NCBI GenBank assembly: GCA_964016885.1
Contig: OZ024763.1
Location: 15,996,001-16,060,000 of the forward strand
Direction: 5' to 3'
DNA: 64,000 bases
From: Eledone cirrhosa
Taxonomy: Eukaryota
Below are positions 38,794 to 51,944 of the stretch, in pieces. Each line of letters begins with the position of its first letter. The first letter of the stretch is position 1. The notes beneath the pieces are model-generated. The model had not been told where the DNA came from. It saw only the letters and a program-made list of their open reading frames with translations, and did no database searches. A program made the translations under genes and the position numbers.

Positions 38794-40020
38794 TACATAT
38801 ATATACATATACACAAACATATACATATATATACATATACACAAACATATACATATATATACATATACACAAACATATACATATATATACATACACACAA
38901 ACATATATATACATATATACATACACACAAACATATATATACATATATATATATATATATAAGGATCTCCACCCTCTACAGAGGTTCATGACCTCTTCAG
39001 AGAAAAGTTACAAACAGCTGTCGCTGAGGTTCCAATGGCTCTTGTTTTACATTTATTTTTTTTTTTAGTTCTTTAGCTATTTTTTCATTTCTTTTTTTTT
39101 GTTTGCTTGGTGTTTTTATTTGATTATTTTTGTTGTTTCTCTCCCTTTTTTTTCCATGACGAGCTGGATATATATGTATGTGTATATGTGTAATGTATGT
39201 GTATATGTATGTGTATATGTGTAATGTATGTGTATATGTATGTGTATATGTGTGTGTGTATGTATGTTTGTGTGTGTATGTATGTTTGTGTGTATGTATG
39301 TGTGTATGTATGTGTGTCTGTGTGTATGTATGTCTGTGTGTATGTATGTGTGTATGTATGTGTGTGTATATGTATGTATGTATATGTGTGTGTATGTGTG
39401 TATGTGTATGTGTGTGTATGTGTGTATGTATATATGTGTGTATGTGTATGTGTGTATGTAGGTGTGTATGTATGTATGTGTGTATGTATGTGTGTATCTT
39501 TGTATGTGTGTATGTGTATAAGTATGTGTGTATGTATGAGTGTGTATATGTATGTATATGTGTATGTATGTTTGTATGTTTATATGTGTATGTGTGTATA
39601 TGTATGTGTATGTGTGTGTATATTTATGTATGTGTGTGTATGTGTGAATGTATATGTATGTGTGTATATGTATGTATGTATATGTATGTGTATGTATGTG
39701 TGTATTTGTATATATGTATGTGTATGTGTGTATGTATGTATATATGTTTGTTTGTATGTTTCTATGTGTGTATGTAGGTATGTGTGTATGCATGTGTATG
39801 TGTTTTTGCTTATATGTATTTATGTATGTATATGTGCATATTTGTATGTGTGTGTGTATGTGTGGCTATGTATTTGTATATATATCTGCGTTTGTGTTTG
39901 TATGTATGTATGTATTTGTGTGTGTATGTGTGTATGTATATGTATGTGTATATGTGTATATAGATGTGTATATGTGTGCATGTAAATATATATATTAGAA
40001 AGTGAGGTTTTTTTCTTTAT

Positions 40021-40070
<50 letters not shown>

Positions 40071-40305
40071 ATTATTATTATTATTATTATTGTCGTTATT
40101 ATTACGTTTTTTATTTTGTGAAATGGCGGCAGCCATCATGTAAGTATGTATTATATATGTATTTATATATGTATGCATATATATATATATATATGTATGT
40201 ATATATGTATGCATATATGTATATATGTATGTATATATGTATGCATATATGTATATATATATGTATGCATATATGTATATATATATGTATGAATATATGT
40301 ATGTA

Positions 40306-40350
<45 letters not shown>

Positions 40351-40393
40351 GTATGCATATATGTATATATATATGTATGAATATATGTATGTA

Positions 40394-40434
<41 letters not shown>

Positions 40435-40550
40435 GTGTATGTATATATGTATGTATATATATGTATGTATGTAAACCATTCCCTCTTTTCTGAGTAAAAA
40501 TGCATTCCACTTTCAGAGTGGGATTGTCTCATTATAAAGCCTTTCCTCAC

Positions 40551-40900
40551 TTAACTCTTTAGCATTTAAACCAGCCATATCCAACCAGAATTCCCTCACC
40601 TCTTTCTGTTCAAACTGGTTATAACCAGCTGCTCATACTTATGTTAAGGTATTGTTCTCAAAATAAATAATTGTTTCTACTTTAGGCACAAGGCCAGCAA
40701 TTAACCAGTGCATTACTGGTACTTTATTTTATCGACCCCGTAAGGATGAAAGGCAAAGTTAACCTCGGCGGGATTTGAACTCAGATCGTAAAGGGACATT
40801 CTCAAAATAAATAATATCAAAATCTCATAGATTTGATATTATGTGAGATATCATGAAAGTACAATAGTAAATATAGAGTAATGTAAATGGTAAAGGGTTA
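40551..40900. mobile_element. piggyBac-type MITE with a nested 5'-truncated SINE B (40672-40798)
   Basis: TTAA ctctttagc ... aaaggg TTAA. The nested SINE is flanked by the 17-bp TSD ttctcaaaataaataat. Confidence 0.88.
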
Positions 40901-42163
40901 AAAAAGCTTCCAGCATAGGCATCACTTGATGTAGGACATTTTTTGTCATGGCTGGCCATAGGCAAGCCCCTAGCAGGAATAAAAAGCTATTTCCATGATA
41001 CTCATGCTTATGTATCAAGCGATGACATTACTAGAAATCATCATCATCATCATATATATATGTGCATATTTGTATATGTATATCTACATATGAATAAATG
41101 TATATATGTGTGTATGAATGTATATATGTGTGTATGTATGTATCATCATCATCATCATCATTCTTGTTTAACGTCCACTTTCCACGCTAGCATGGGTTAG
41201 ACGGGAGTTGTCCCACTTGAGGCAAGGTTGGTCGGGTGACCATGTCTCGCTCATATAGGACTGTCTGGCAGGTTTTCTACGGCTGGATGCCCTTCCTAAC
41301 ACCAACCACGTTTACAGTGTGGGGCTGGGAGGTTTTTATCGTGTTACCTACATGGCCACATTACAGCGTGGACTGTGTGTTTTTTTCTCGTGACACCTAC
41401 ACGATCTCGATCTCATTATCTCATTTATTTGGACTGGATGTTGTGGTACCAACTTTATAGAGAGAGGGTGGTGTTGGTGGGAGTGGGAGGATAGGGTAGG
41501 GGTAGTGGATTGGGGGTGTATATTTGGTTAAGAGGTGCCTACTGGCATATGTATGTGTATATGTATGTAAATATGTATATAAATGTATGCATGTGTATAT
41601 ATGTAAATATATATATATGTATATACATGCATGCATTGTTATTGTTATTATATCATGACTCATACACTGTTCATTTTCCTGACATTTGTACATTACATTA
41701 TTCTATGTACTATACATGCACCTTTGATGAGTTGTAGTGCACCTGAGCACTGTACACAATAATTTCATTATTATTATTATATGTACATATATATATGTAT
41801 ATACATGTATGCATGTGTATATATGTATATACATGTATGCATGTGTATATATGTATATATATATGTAGATATATATGTATATGTATGCATGTGTATATAT
41901 GTACATATATATATGTATATACATGCATGCATGTGTATATATGTACATATATATATGTATATACATGTATGCATGTGTATATATGTACATACATGTATGC
42001 ATGTGTATATATGTATATATATATGTAGATATATGTGTATATGTATATACATGTATGCATGTGTATATGCGTAGATATATGTATATATGTATATACATGT
42101 ATGCATGTGTATATATGTATATATATATATATATAAATATGTATATACATGTATGCATGTGTA

Positions 42164-42201
<38 letters not shown>

Positions 42202-42683
42202 CATGTATGCATATGTATGTATATATGCATGCGGACATAGAAATAGTCAGGCTGGATACCCGATCGCACGGTTAAACCACTGGGAGTGAAGGACCCCTAG
42301 CCTTTGTCAGGGCATTCTTCTAGGAGAAGGCAACTCAGGAAACTGGGATAACTCCGATATAAAACCTGCAGCTCAGTAGTTACCGATGATGTTCTTCTTT
42401 TCGTGTTATAGCTACTGTCGCTCAGAGAGTGGGATTGGCTCAGTGCACAGTCTTTCCTCACTTTAAAAAATATCTTCACGCACAGGAATTGCACGATAGC
42501 ATTAACTAATAATTATTAATAATGGTATATCATGCAATGGCCATACTCGATAACGAGGGGGCAGCCATCATGTATGTATGTATGTATGTATGTATGTATG
42601 TATGTATGTATGTATGTATGTATGTATATATATGCATGTATGTATGCAAGTGTGTGTATGTATATGTATATGTATGTATATGT

Positions 42684-43031
42684 ATGGAGGCACATGGCTT
42701 AGTGGTTAGAGCATTGGCCTTGCAATCGAAAGGTTGTGAGTTCAATTCTCAGACCGGGTGATGTGTTGTTTCCTTGAGCAAGACACTTTATTTCACATTG
42801 CTCCAGTTTACTCAAGTGTAGAAATGAGATGATAGGGACTCGGGTCCCTATCATTCCACTGCAAAGTGGTCGTGGAGGTGACACAGCAAAAAAAAAGCAC
42901 CCAGCCCACACTATAAAATGAGGTTGGTGTTAGGAAGGGCATCCAGCTGTAGAAATCAAGCCAGAATCAGTTCCCGTCCCACCCTTGCAAGCAGGGAAAA
43001 GCGGACATAAAATGATGATGATGATGATGAT
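42684..43031 (+). mobile_element. SINE family A (further copies at 46352-46670 +, 48792-49020 +, 50618-50972 +, 58571-58957 -, 60248-60526 +)
   Basis: Near-identical head, body and RTE tail. Confidence 0.92.
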
Positions 43032-43720
43032 GTATGTATGTGTATGTATGTATGTATAAGTATGTATGTATGTGTATGTATGTATGTATAAGTATGTATG
43101 TATGTGCATGTATGTATGTATAAGTATGTATGTATGTGCATGTATGTATAAGTATGTATGTGTATGTATGTATGTATAAGTATGTATGTATGTGCATGTA
43201 TGTATAAGTATGTATGTATATGTATGTATGTATAAGTATGTATGTATGTGCATGTATGTATGTATGTATAAGTATGTATGTATGTGCATGTATGTATAAG
43301 TATGTATGTGTATGTATGTATGTATAAGTATGTATGTATGTGTATGTATGTATGTATAAGTATGTATGTATGTGCATGTATGTATGTATGTATAAGTATG
43401 TATGTATGTGCATGTATGTATAAGTATGTATGTGTATGTATGTATGTATAAGTATGTATGTATGTGTATGTATGTATGTATAAGTATGTATGTATGTGTA
43501 TGTATGTATGTATAAGTATGTATGTATGTATGTGCATGTATGTATAAGTATGTATGTGTATGTATGTATGTATAAGTATGTATGTATGTGTATGTATGTA
43601 TGTATAAGTATGTATGTATGTGCATGTATGTATAAGTATGTATGTGTATGTGTGTATACAGACAGTAACAGGAACAGCGCGCCACTCAATACTGACAGCA
43701 ATAGCTTTAATTTTGGGAGT

Positions 43721-44119
43721 CCAGGATTGGTGTGGCATATATACCAGGATTGGTGTGGCATATATACCAGGATTGGTGTGGCATATATACCAGGATTGGT
43801 GTGGCATATATACCAGGATTGGTGTGGCATATATACCAGGATTGGTGTGGCATATATACCAGGATTGGTGTGGCATATATACCAGGATTGGTGTGGCATA
43901 TATACCAGGATTGGTGCGGCATATATACCAGGATTGGTGCGGCATATATACCAGGATTGGTGCGGCATATATACCAGGATTGGTGTGGCATATATACCAG
44001 GATTGGTGTGGCATATATACCAGGATTGGTGTGGCATATATACCAGGATTGGTGTGGCATATATACCAGGATTGGTGTGGCATATATACCAGGATTGGTG
44101 TGGCATATATACCAGGATT
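43721..44119. repeat. 23-bp minisatellite, 17 copies
   Basis: ccaggattggtgtggcatatata x17. Three adjacent units carry gtgCggc. Confidence 0.97.
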
Positions 44120-44210
44120 TCTGGATATATAAACAATTGGACAAACTGCAAAATATATGTTTAGTTAAAATTTTTGGCTTGCATAAGAGAAACCTTATAG
44201 TTTATATTGA

Positions 44211-44984
44211 CTAGCAGAAAAACCACCCTTTGGGTGGTTTTTCTGCTAGCATGTGTAGTGTGTATCATCATCATCATCATCATCATCATCGTTTAACGTC
44301 CCTGTTCCACGCTTGCATGGGTTTGGACGGGGGTTTTCCCACTTGAGGCAAGAGTGGTTGTCTTGCTCGCATAGGACTGTCTGGCGGGTTTTCTACAGCT
44401 GGATGCCCTTCCTAACACCAACCACATTTACAGTGTGGGACTGGGAGGTTTTTACCGTGTTGCCTACACAGCCACATTACAGCGTGGACTGTGTGTTTTT
44501 TTGTCGTGACACCTACACGATCTCGTTTGTTTCGGCCTGGATTTTGTGGCACCAACATAACTTTGCATATTGATATTATATGCAGGTATATATACATGTA
44601 GATATGATACATCAAATAAAACTGTAATTGACAATATATAATACACAGAAATTGAACGAAGACTGCATTACACTGTCTTATGTAATCAGTAACGTAATCC
44701 ATGATACATTAAAAAAGACAATATTATATATAAACTGCATTAGGAGAAAATTAGTATGTTTATTTAAGCGATGGTCAACCGGAAGTGTTGACATTTCAGA
44801 AATTTTAAAGAAGTGAATCTTTAAATAAACAAAATATATTTAATCAACAGCCACGAAATTTAGTAGATAAATTATATAATATTCATTCATTATTTATTCA
44901 AAGTAATCCAACTTATTTTACTAATGGGATAATCAATTATAAACCGTACGCAGTCCCGCACTCCTTACTTTATTATAGTATAGA
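44211..44984 (-). mobile_element. Non-autonomous Helitron with a nested RTE 3' UTR fragment
   Basis: The minus strand starts TCtatactataataaa and ends with a hairpin plus CTAG. It is inserted between A and T with no TSD. The empty site (ttga|ttactgaca) is present in the paralogous segment at about 45910-45951. Confidence 0.85.
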
Positions 44985-45399
44985 TTACTGACAATGTAAA
45001 ATGTATTTTCAAGCATATTCTTATTCATCATCATCATCATCGTTGTTTAAATGTCCACTTTTGCTAGCAAGGGTTGGATGGGTCCGTATAGACCAATCAG
45101 TACTGAAACAGAGCCGCTGATCTCCCAGGCAGACCAGGGATCTGTGTTGCCCTTATGTATAGTCTGTTGCTACACCAAGTGCACAGGAGAGGTTGTCATG
45201 CCTTTGACACAACTGAGGGTTCAATCAGTTTGGCAAGATTTCTACAGCTGGATGCTCTTACTATCACCAACCACTTTACAGAGTGTACTGGGTGTGTTTA
45301 TTATGTAAATTACCAACACTAGGGAGGTTGTCATGCCTTTTAATAATTCAATTTATATATAACTAGTGGACCAGTGCCATCAAAGCTGACAGCATTATC

Positions 45400-45795
45400 A
45401 TGGTGGATTGGCAGTATCGGTAGAGGATCGGACGCCATGTGTTGCATCATAGAGTTACGCCCCTTTACGGTCTGAGTTCAAATCCCGCCGAGGTAAACTT
45501 TGCCTTTCATCCTTATGGGGGTCGATAAAATAAAGTACCAGTAATGCACTGGGATGATTGCTGGCCTTGCGCCAAAAGAAGAAACAATTATTGAATGTAG
45601 GTAGGGCAGTGGTTTGGCAGTATCGGTAGAGCGTCAGACACCATGCTTTGCCGCATAGGAGTTATGGCCCTTTACGGTCTGAGTTAAAATCGCGTCCAGG
45701 TAAACTTTGCCTTTCATTCTTACGCTGTCGATAAAATAAAGTACCAGTAATGTACTGTGGTAATTGCTGGCCTTGTGCCAAAAGTAGAAACACTA
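45400..45795 (+). mobile_element. Two tandem SINE B copies (others at 36835-36940 +, 47056-47243 -, 58982-59172 -)
   Basis: ttggcagtatcggtagag (A box), gagttcaaatcc (B box), ctttgcctttcatcctta..gtcgataaaataaagtaccag core, and an ...agaaacaatta end. Confidence 0.87.
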
Positions 45796-46830
45796 TCGTT
45801 GAATGTATTTAATTTTGTAGTCCAGTGCTGGTATGCCATATATACCAGGATTACTGGATATATGAACAATCTTATTAACTGGGAAATTTGTGTTTTGATA
45901 AATTAATGATTTGCATAAGAGAAACCCTATGGTTTATCTTGATTACTGACATTTGAAGTAATAAAAAAAACAAAAAAAAACGATATTTCAATAATTTATT
46001 CCTAGGATATAATCACATAAATGTTCAGTATATATGTAGAAATGATGTACATGATTAAATATATGGGTAACTCTAGAGAAGAAAATATTTGATTTGGGGA
46101 CGACAGCCAATCAAAGATAAAACCTAGATCGCACACCATATCTGAACCTGAATCAAAATTTTTTTTTTTCTGTTTCTGTTTGTGTAAGCTGTAATTCCTT
46201 TATCAATTAACTAATTATGCAATCTGCACCTGATGATGTTGCCAGGATATTACATAACCTGGCCATTGAATTGTATATAGTATTTTTATAACAATAAAAC
46301 TTTAAAGGAACATCACCAGTCTACCCTCCTGTTGTTTTAATCAAACCAATATGGCGCATGGCTTAGTGGTTAGAGCATTGGCTTTGCAATCGAAAGGTTG
46401 TGAGTTCAATTCTCAGACAGGGTGATGTGTTGTTTCCTTGAGCAAGACACTTTATTTCACATTGCTCCAGTTTACTCAGCTGTAGAAATGAGATGATAGG
46501 GACTGGGGTCCCTATCATTCCACTGTAAAGTGGACGTGTAGGTGCCACGGAAAAAAAGCACCCAGCACTCACTGTAAATGAGGTTGGTGTTAGGAAGGGC
46601 ATCCAGCTGTAGAAATCAAGCCAGAATCAGTTCCCGTCCCACCCTTGCAAGCAGGGAAAAAGCGGACGTACAAAAAAAGGGGGAGAAGGAAACGTTTGGA
46701 GTTAGAAAGCCAAAACAATGCAGGTATGGATATAGAATATAAATACAAATACAAAAGATATTGCTGACAATTAGTCTTTTACCTTAAATTTATTTGAATA
46801 TCCTTAATTTTCGAGATAATATCTTCTTCG

Positions 46831-46928
46831 GAGGGAAGTAAAGGGGTTAATCCAGTGTTCTAATTAGCTTGCCAAGTCATGACTTGGCAAGCTAATTAGA
46901 ACACTGGATTAACCCCTTTACTTCCCTC
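46831..46928. repeat. Perfect 98-bp palindrome with no spacer
   Basis: 49-bp arms centred on gccaagtca|tgacttggc. Confidence 0.95.
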
Positions 46929-47003
46929 ATATATATCATCATTATCATCACCATTTTACGTCAGCGTGGAAGAACGGACGTAAAACGGTGATGATGATGA
47001 TGA

Positions 47004-47036
<33 letters not shown>

Positions 47037-47256
47037 GATATATATATATATATAATTATTTCTACATTAGGCACAAGGCCAGCAATTACCCAGTGTATTA
47101 CTGGTACTTTATTTTATCGACCCCGTAAGGATGAAAGGCAAAGTTAACCTCGGCGAGATTTGAACTCAGAATGGCAAGGGCCGTAACTCTATGCGTCAAA
47201 GCATGACGTCCGACCCTCTACCGATACTGCCAATCCACCGCCCTATATATATATAA

Positions 47257-47298
<42 letters not shown>

Positions 47299-47385
47299 AT
47301 GATGATGATATAACAATATATATATATATATAATGATGATGATGATGATATAACAATATATATATATATATAATGATATATATAA

Positions 47386-47427
<42 letters not shown>

Positions 47428-47437
47428 ATGATGACGA

Positions 47438-47735
47438 TATAACAACTAGAAATTGATTAACATATAAATAAACATATGAAACAATCACAGGGGATAATTT
47501 TTACAAGTGTGTAAGCACACATAGCTAGGTAGGTAACTAAATAAAGTTAACTAGAACTTCAAAAATAGATACCTTATAATATGATTAATCTGATTATAAT
47601 GTATCTATTTTTGAAGTTCTAGTTAACTTTATTTAGTTACCTACCTAGCTATGTGTGCTTACACACTTGTAAAAATTATCCCCTGTGATTGTTTCATATG
47701 TTTATTTATATGTTAATAAATTTCTAGTTGTTATA
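47438..47735. repeat. Inverted duplication, about 135-bp arms, 28-nt spacer
   Basis: 47438-47572 is the reverse complement of 47601-47735 with one visible mismatch. Confidence 0.92.
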
Positions 47736-47933
47736 AAATGCTCGGACCTACTCGTTAGAATCTTGGAGCTTATTTTACGGGTGATATGGCGCATGCCTTT
47801 CTGGCATGACACCCATAATTTTTATTTAGATTAAATTCACTTTGATTTATCTTAATTTTGGATATATCATCATCATCATCATCGTTTAACGTCCATGTTC
47901 CACGCTTGCATGGGTTTGGACGGGATATATATA

Positions 47934-48525
47934 CTAGCAGTGGTACCTGGCGTTGCACGGGATAAGGTATTGTGAAATATATAACCGCCTTAGCTAAGCT
48001 TAGTATTGCCACAACCACGGCTGGCAAAGAAGTAAGGGTCTGGTGGTACGTAAGTAAGCAACACTGTGGCTTAAAACGTGAGGAAGAAGTTGTGTGCATT
48101 TACCAACTGTTTGGGGAATGAGTGTGAGATTTGTCTTGAGCAAGGGTGGCAGAATAACCGGAGGCAGCAGACAGCCATACATACAGACAGATATTATAAG
48201 GGCGCGTTCTGGACGGAGAGGGAATTGTGGGAAGTGACGTAATGCAGACAGCCAGACATACAGACAGATATTATAAGGGTGCGACGTTATATGTATGTAT
48301 CTATCTAAAAAGAGAAAGACTAAGAATTATAGAAAGAGATCGCTAAATCGCCTATTGCGGTCCCTAGGGTATTGAAAATTTGAAATTATTTTTGCTCAGA
48401 ACACTCCCTGAAAAAAAAATATTACATGTGTAAAGTTTGAAAACAGTCGGTTGGGTGCTTCTCTAGTTTTAGGGATTCAAACGCACACACACAGACAGAC
48501 ATCCTCAGTTTTATATATATATAGA
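47934..48525 (-). mobile_element. Non-autonomous Helitron-like element
   Basis: The minus strand starts TCtatatatatataaaactgagg(tgtc)n and ends cccgtgcaacgccaggt-accactgCTAG, with an A|T insertion site. Confidence 0.8.
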
Positions 48526-48987
48526 TATATATATATATTTATATATATATCTATTTAAAACTTTATTTTATCATGAGTTAAGGCTCTATTGATTCTTCCC
48601 TGGATTTCACTAAATTCTGTTGGATGAATCTATATCCTGATTCTTTTTGAGTTGAGTTTGAATTATTTTTCCTACATCTTACGTTAACTATTTTTCCCAT
48701 TTTGACGCTATAGTCACTTATATATTATGGAATACTGTTGGTTTTTTGCTACAATATTTTCTATACCTTTCATTTATATATATTTATATGACAGCTGTAG
48801 AAATGAGATGATAGGGACTGGAGTCTATATCATTCCACTGCAAAGTGGTCGTGGAGGTGCCACGGCAAAAAAGCACCCAGCACTCACTGTAAATGAGGTT
48901 GGTGTTAGGAAGAGCATCCAGCTGTAGAAATCAAGCCAGTATCAGTTCCCGTCCCACCCTTGCAAGCAGGGAAAAAGGGGACGTAAA

Positions 48988-49020
<33 letters not shown>

Positions 49021-49026
49021 CATAAA

Positions 49027-49333
49027 TAGGAGTAGAGACGTGGTTTCCTTAACCCTTTACTATTTACATTACTCTCTATATACTATTATATTTTCACGGT
49101 AAAGGCTTTACCTCACATAATTATCTCACATAATATCGAATCTCAGATTTTGATATTATTTATTTTGAGAACAATACCTTAACATCAGTATGTGTGGCCA
49201 GATACAGCTGGTTTAAACGCTAAAGTGTTAATGATAGGAGATATATCTCACATATACACAGTGTTATTCTATAAATATATAAATAAAGGTTTTCTGATTT
49301 TTGAATGCACTTTGAATTTTAAAAAATACTTTA

Positions 49334-49406
<73 letters not shown>

Positions 49407-49442
49407 CGTATATATATATATATGTATATATATACACATATG

Positions 49443-49476
<34 letters not shown>

Positions 49477-49638
49477 CACATATGTATATGTATATATATA
49501 TATTTATATATGTATATATATTTATATAAATTTAGATATATATTTATATATATTTAGATATATATTTATATATATTTATATATATATGTATATATATTTA
49601 TTTATTTATTTATATATATATGTATATATATTTATATA

Positions 49639-49679
<41 letters not shown>

Positions 49680-49796
49680 TTATATATATATGTGTATATA
49701 TATATATATATATGTGTATATATTTATATATATATATGTATATATTTATATATATATATGTATATATTTATATATATATATGTATATATTTATATA

Positions 49797-49847
<51 letters not shown>

Positions 49848-49898
49848 TTATATATATATATGTATATATTTATATATATATATGTATATATTTATATA

Positions 49899-49955
<57 letters not shown>

Positions 49956-50578
49956 ATGCAATACATGCATATAAAGAAGAATTTTAAAAATGTCCATCTC
50001 TCTCTCACCCTTATGAAAATGTATTAAACCGTAACGTGACTATCTGCTATCATGTTTCAATGTTTTACGGAATAAACCAAATAATACAATAAAAGATGAC
50101 AGCTGCTACAACTTTTCCAATCAATGGCTTTTGTTTTATTTGTGCTGTTTATAGATATAACCCCTTTATCGGCTGCTTTCATTGAAAAATTTTCATAATG
50201 GCCTCAGCATTACATCCCTTTATTGTTGTTTTAGCCTCATCTGTTGCATAATTTCATGCATATTTTCGTAATTTTGCTAAACATTTTTTCTATATTTATA
50301 GAATAACACTGTGTGTTTGTGTGAGATATATCTCCTATCATTAACACTTTAGCGTTTAAACCAGCTGTATCCGGCCAGAATTTCCTCACCTCTTTCTGTC
50401 CAAACCAGCTGTAACTGGCCACACATACTGATGTTAAGGTATTGTTCTCAAAATAAATAATATCAAAATCTGAGATTTGATATTATGTGAGAGAATTATG
50501 TAAGGTTTACCGTGAAAATATAATAGTATATAGAGAGAAATGTAAATAGTAAAGGGTTAAGGAAACCACATCTCTACT

Positions 50579-50582
<4 letters not shown>
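49027..50582. repeat. Diverged inverted duplication (about 49027-49280 / 50291-50582), each arm containing a TTAA MITE plus flanks
   Basis: aggagtagaga.gtggtttccttaacccttta... and gataggagatatatctcac...cagtgttattctataaatata occur in opposite orientations. Confidence 0.8.
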
Positions 50583-50621
<39 letters not shown>

Positions 50622-51669
50622 GGCACATGGCTTAGTGGTTAAAGCATTGGGCTTGCAATCGAAAGGTTGTTTCCTTGAGCAAGATACTTTATTTCACATT
50701 GCTCCAGTTTACTCAGCTGTAGAAATGAGATGATAGGGACTGGGGTCCCTATCATTCCACTGAAAAGTGGTCGTGGAGGTGCCACGGCAAAAAAGCACCC
50801 AGCACTCACTGTAAAGTGGACGTGTAGGTGCCACGGAAAAAAAGCACCCAGCACTCACTATAAATGAGGTTGGTGTTAGGAAGGGCATCCAGCTGTAGAA
50901 ATCAAACCAGAATCAGTTCCCATCCCACTCTTGCAAGCAGGGAAAAGCAGACGTAAAATGATGATGATGATGATATATAAATAATGAATATATATATATA
51001 TATATTTAGAAAGTGAACAAAACAATATATAACTACTATATTACCTATATATATTATATAAAAATTATTATATAAAAATTATTATATAAAAATTATTATA
51101 TAAAAATTATTATATAGTCCAGTTCCTTGTGTATTTTCGTTCAAATTTTTTGGAGATTTACTAAACTATACATTTTTGAAAACGTTAGGATGTATTGAAC
51201 ACAAAAATCAATGTTGCCATTTTTTTTAGGGCTCTGAACATGGCGGTCTTAGGGCTTCAAAATGGCGACCATTTGAAATCTAAATTTACTAATATATCCA
51301 CTTCCAAGCCATGTAGCCTTTTACTTTCAGTGGCTAAACTTACATTTTAAGGGGCCAGAAGTCTAGAGAAATTGACTACAATCACTTACATTTAACATGA
51401 TATATAATATAAAAATGAGTGAGGCTGGAAAATATACACGAGAAAGAAAATTATTATATAAGAATTATATAGAAAATTATAAAATCATAAAAATCCTGAA
51501 ACCTGTTGTAATGGAGTAGTTATATATTGTGTTGTTCACTTTCTAATTAAATAGCTCTGTTTTATACATAGAGCTCTCTTTTTTTCCTTTGTTTTTTCTT
51601 CAGAAATACTTAACATATATATATCATCATCATCATCGTTTATAGATCTATATCTAAAAGTTTAAAGTC

Positions 51670-51942
51670 TGTCTTAAGCCAGAAGGCTCGTTAGGCCAGT
51701 GCTTACTCCAGTTTCATGGTGTGAAGCAACTGAGAGTACAAGACTTTCCCCTGGACAGGACGCCAGTCCATCGCAGGTTTAAACCTCCAGCTATTACTGG
51801 TACTCATTTTCAGCTGAGTATAGTGGAGCAACGTGAAATAAAGTGTTTTGATCAAGAACACAACATGCAGCCCAGGAATCGAACCCATGACATTATGATC
51901 GTAAGTCCAACACCCTTACCACTAAGCCACGTGCCTCCACAT
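51670..51942 (-). mobile_element. SINE family C (head like SINE A, V-domain-like body)
   Basis: The minus strand reads gtggcttagtggtaagg, ggttcgattcc, tgttgtgttcttgatcaaaacac, then cctgcgatggactggcgtcctgtccagggg. Confidence 0.75.
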
Positions 51943-51944
51943 AT

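Noticed and set aside
43721-44119. CRISPR-like array (23-bp repeats; likewise the 48-bp and 112-bp arrays)
   Set aside because: Units are contiguous with no unique spacers, there are no cas genes, and the context is eukaryotic.
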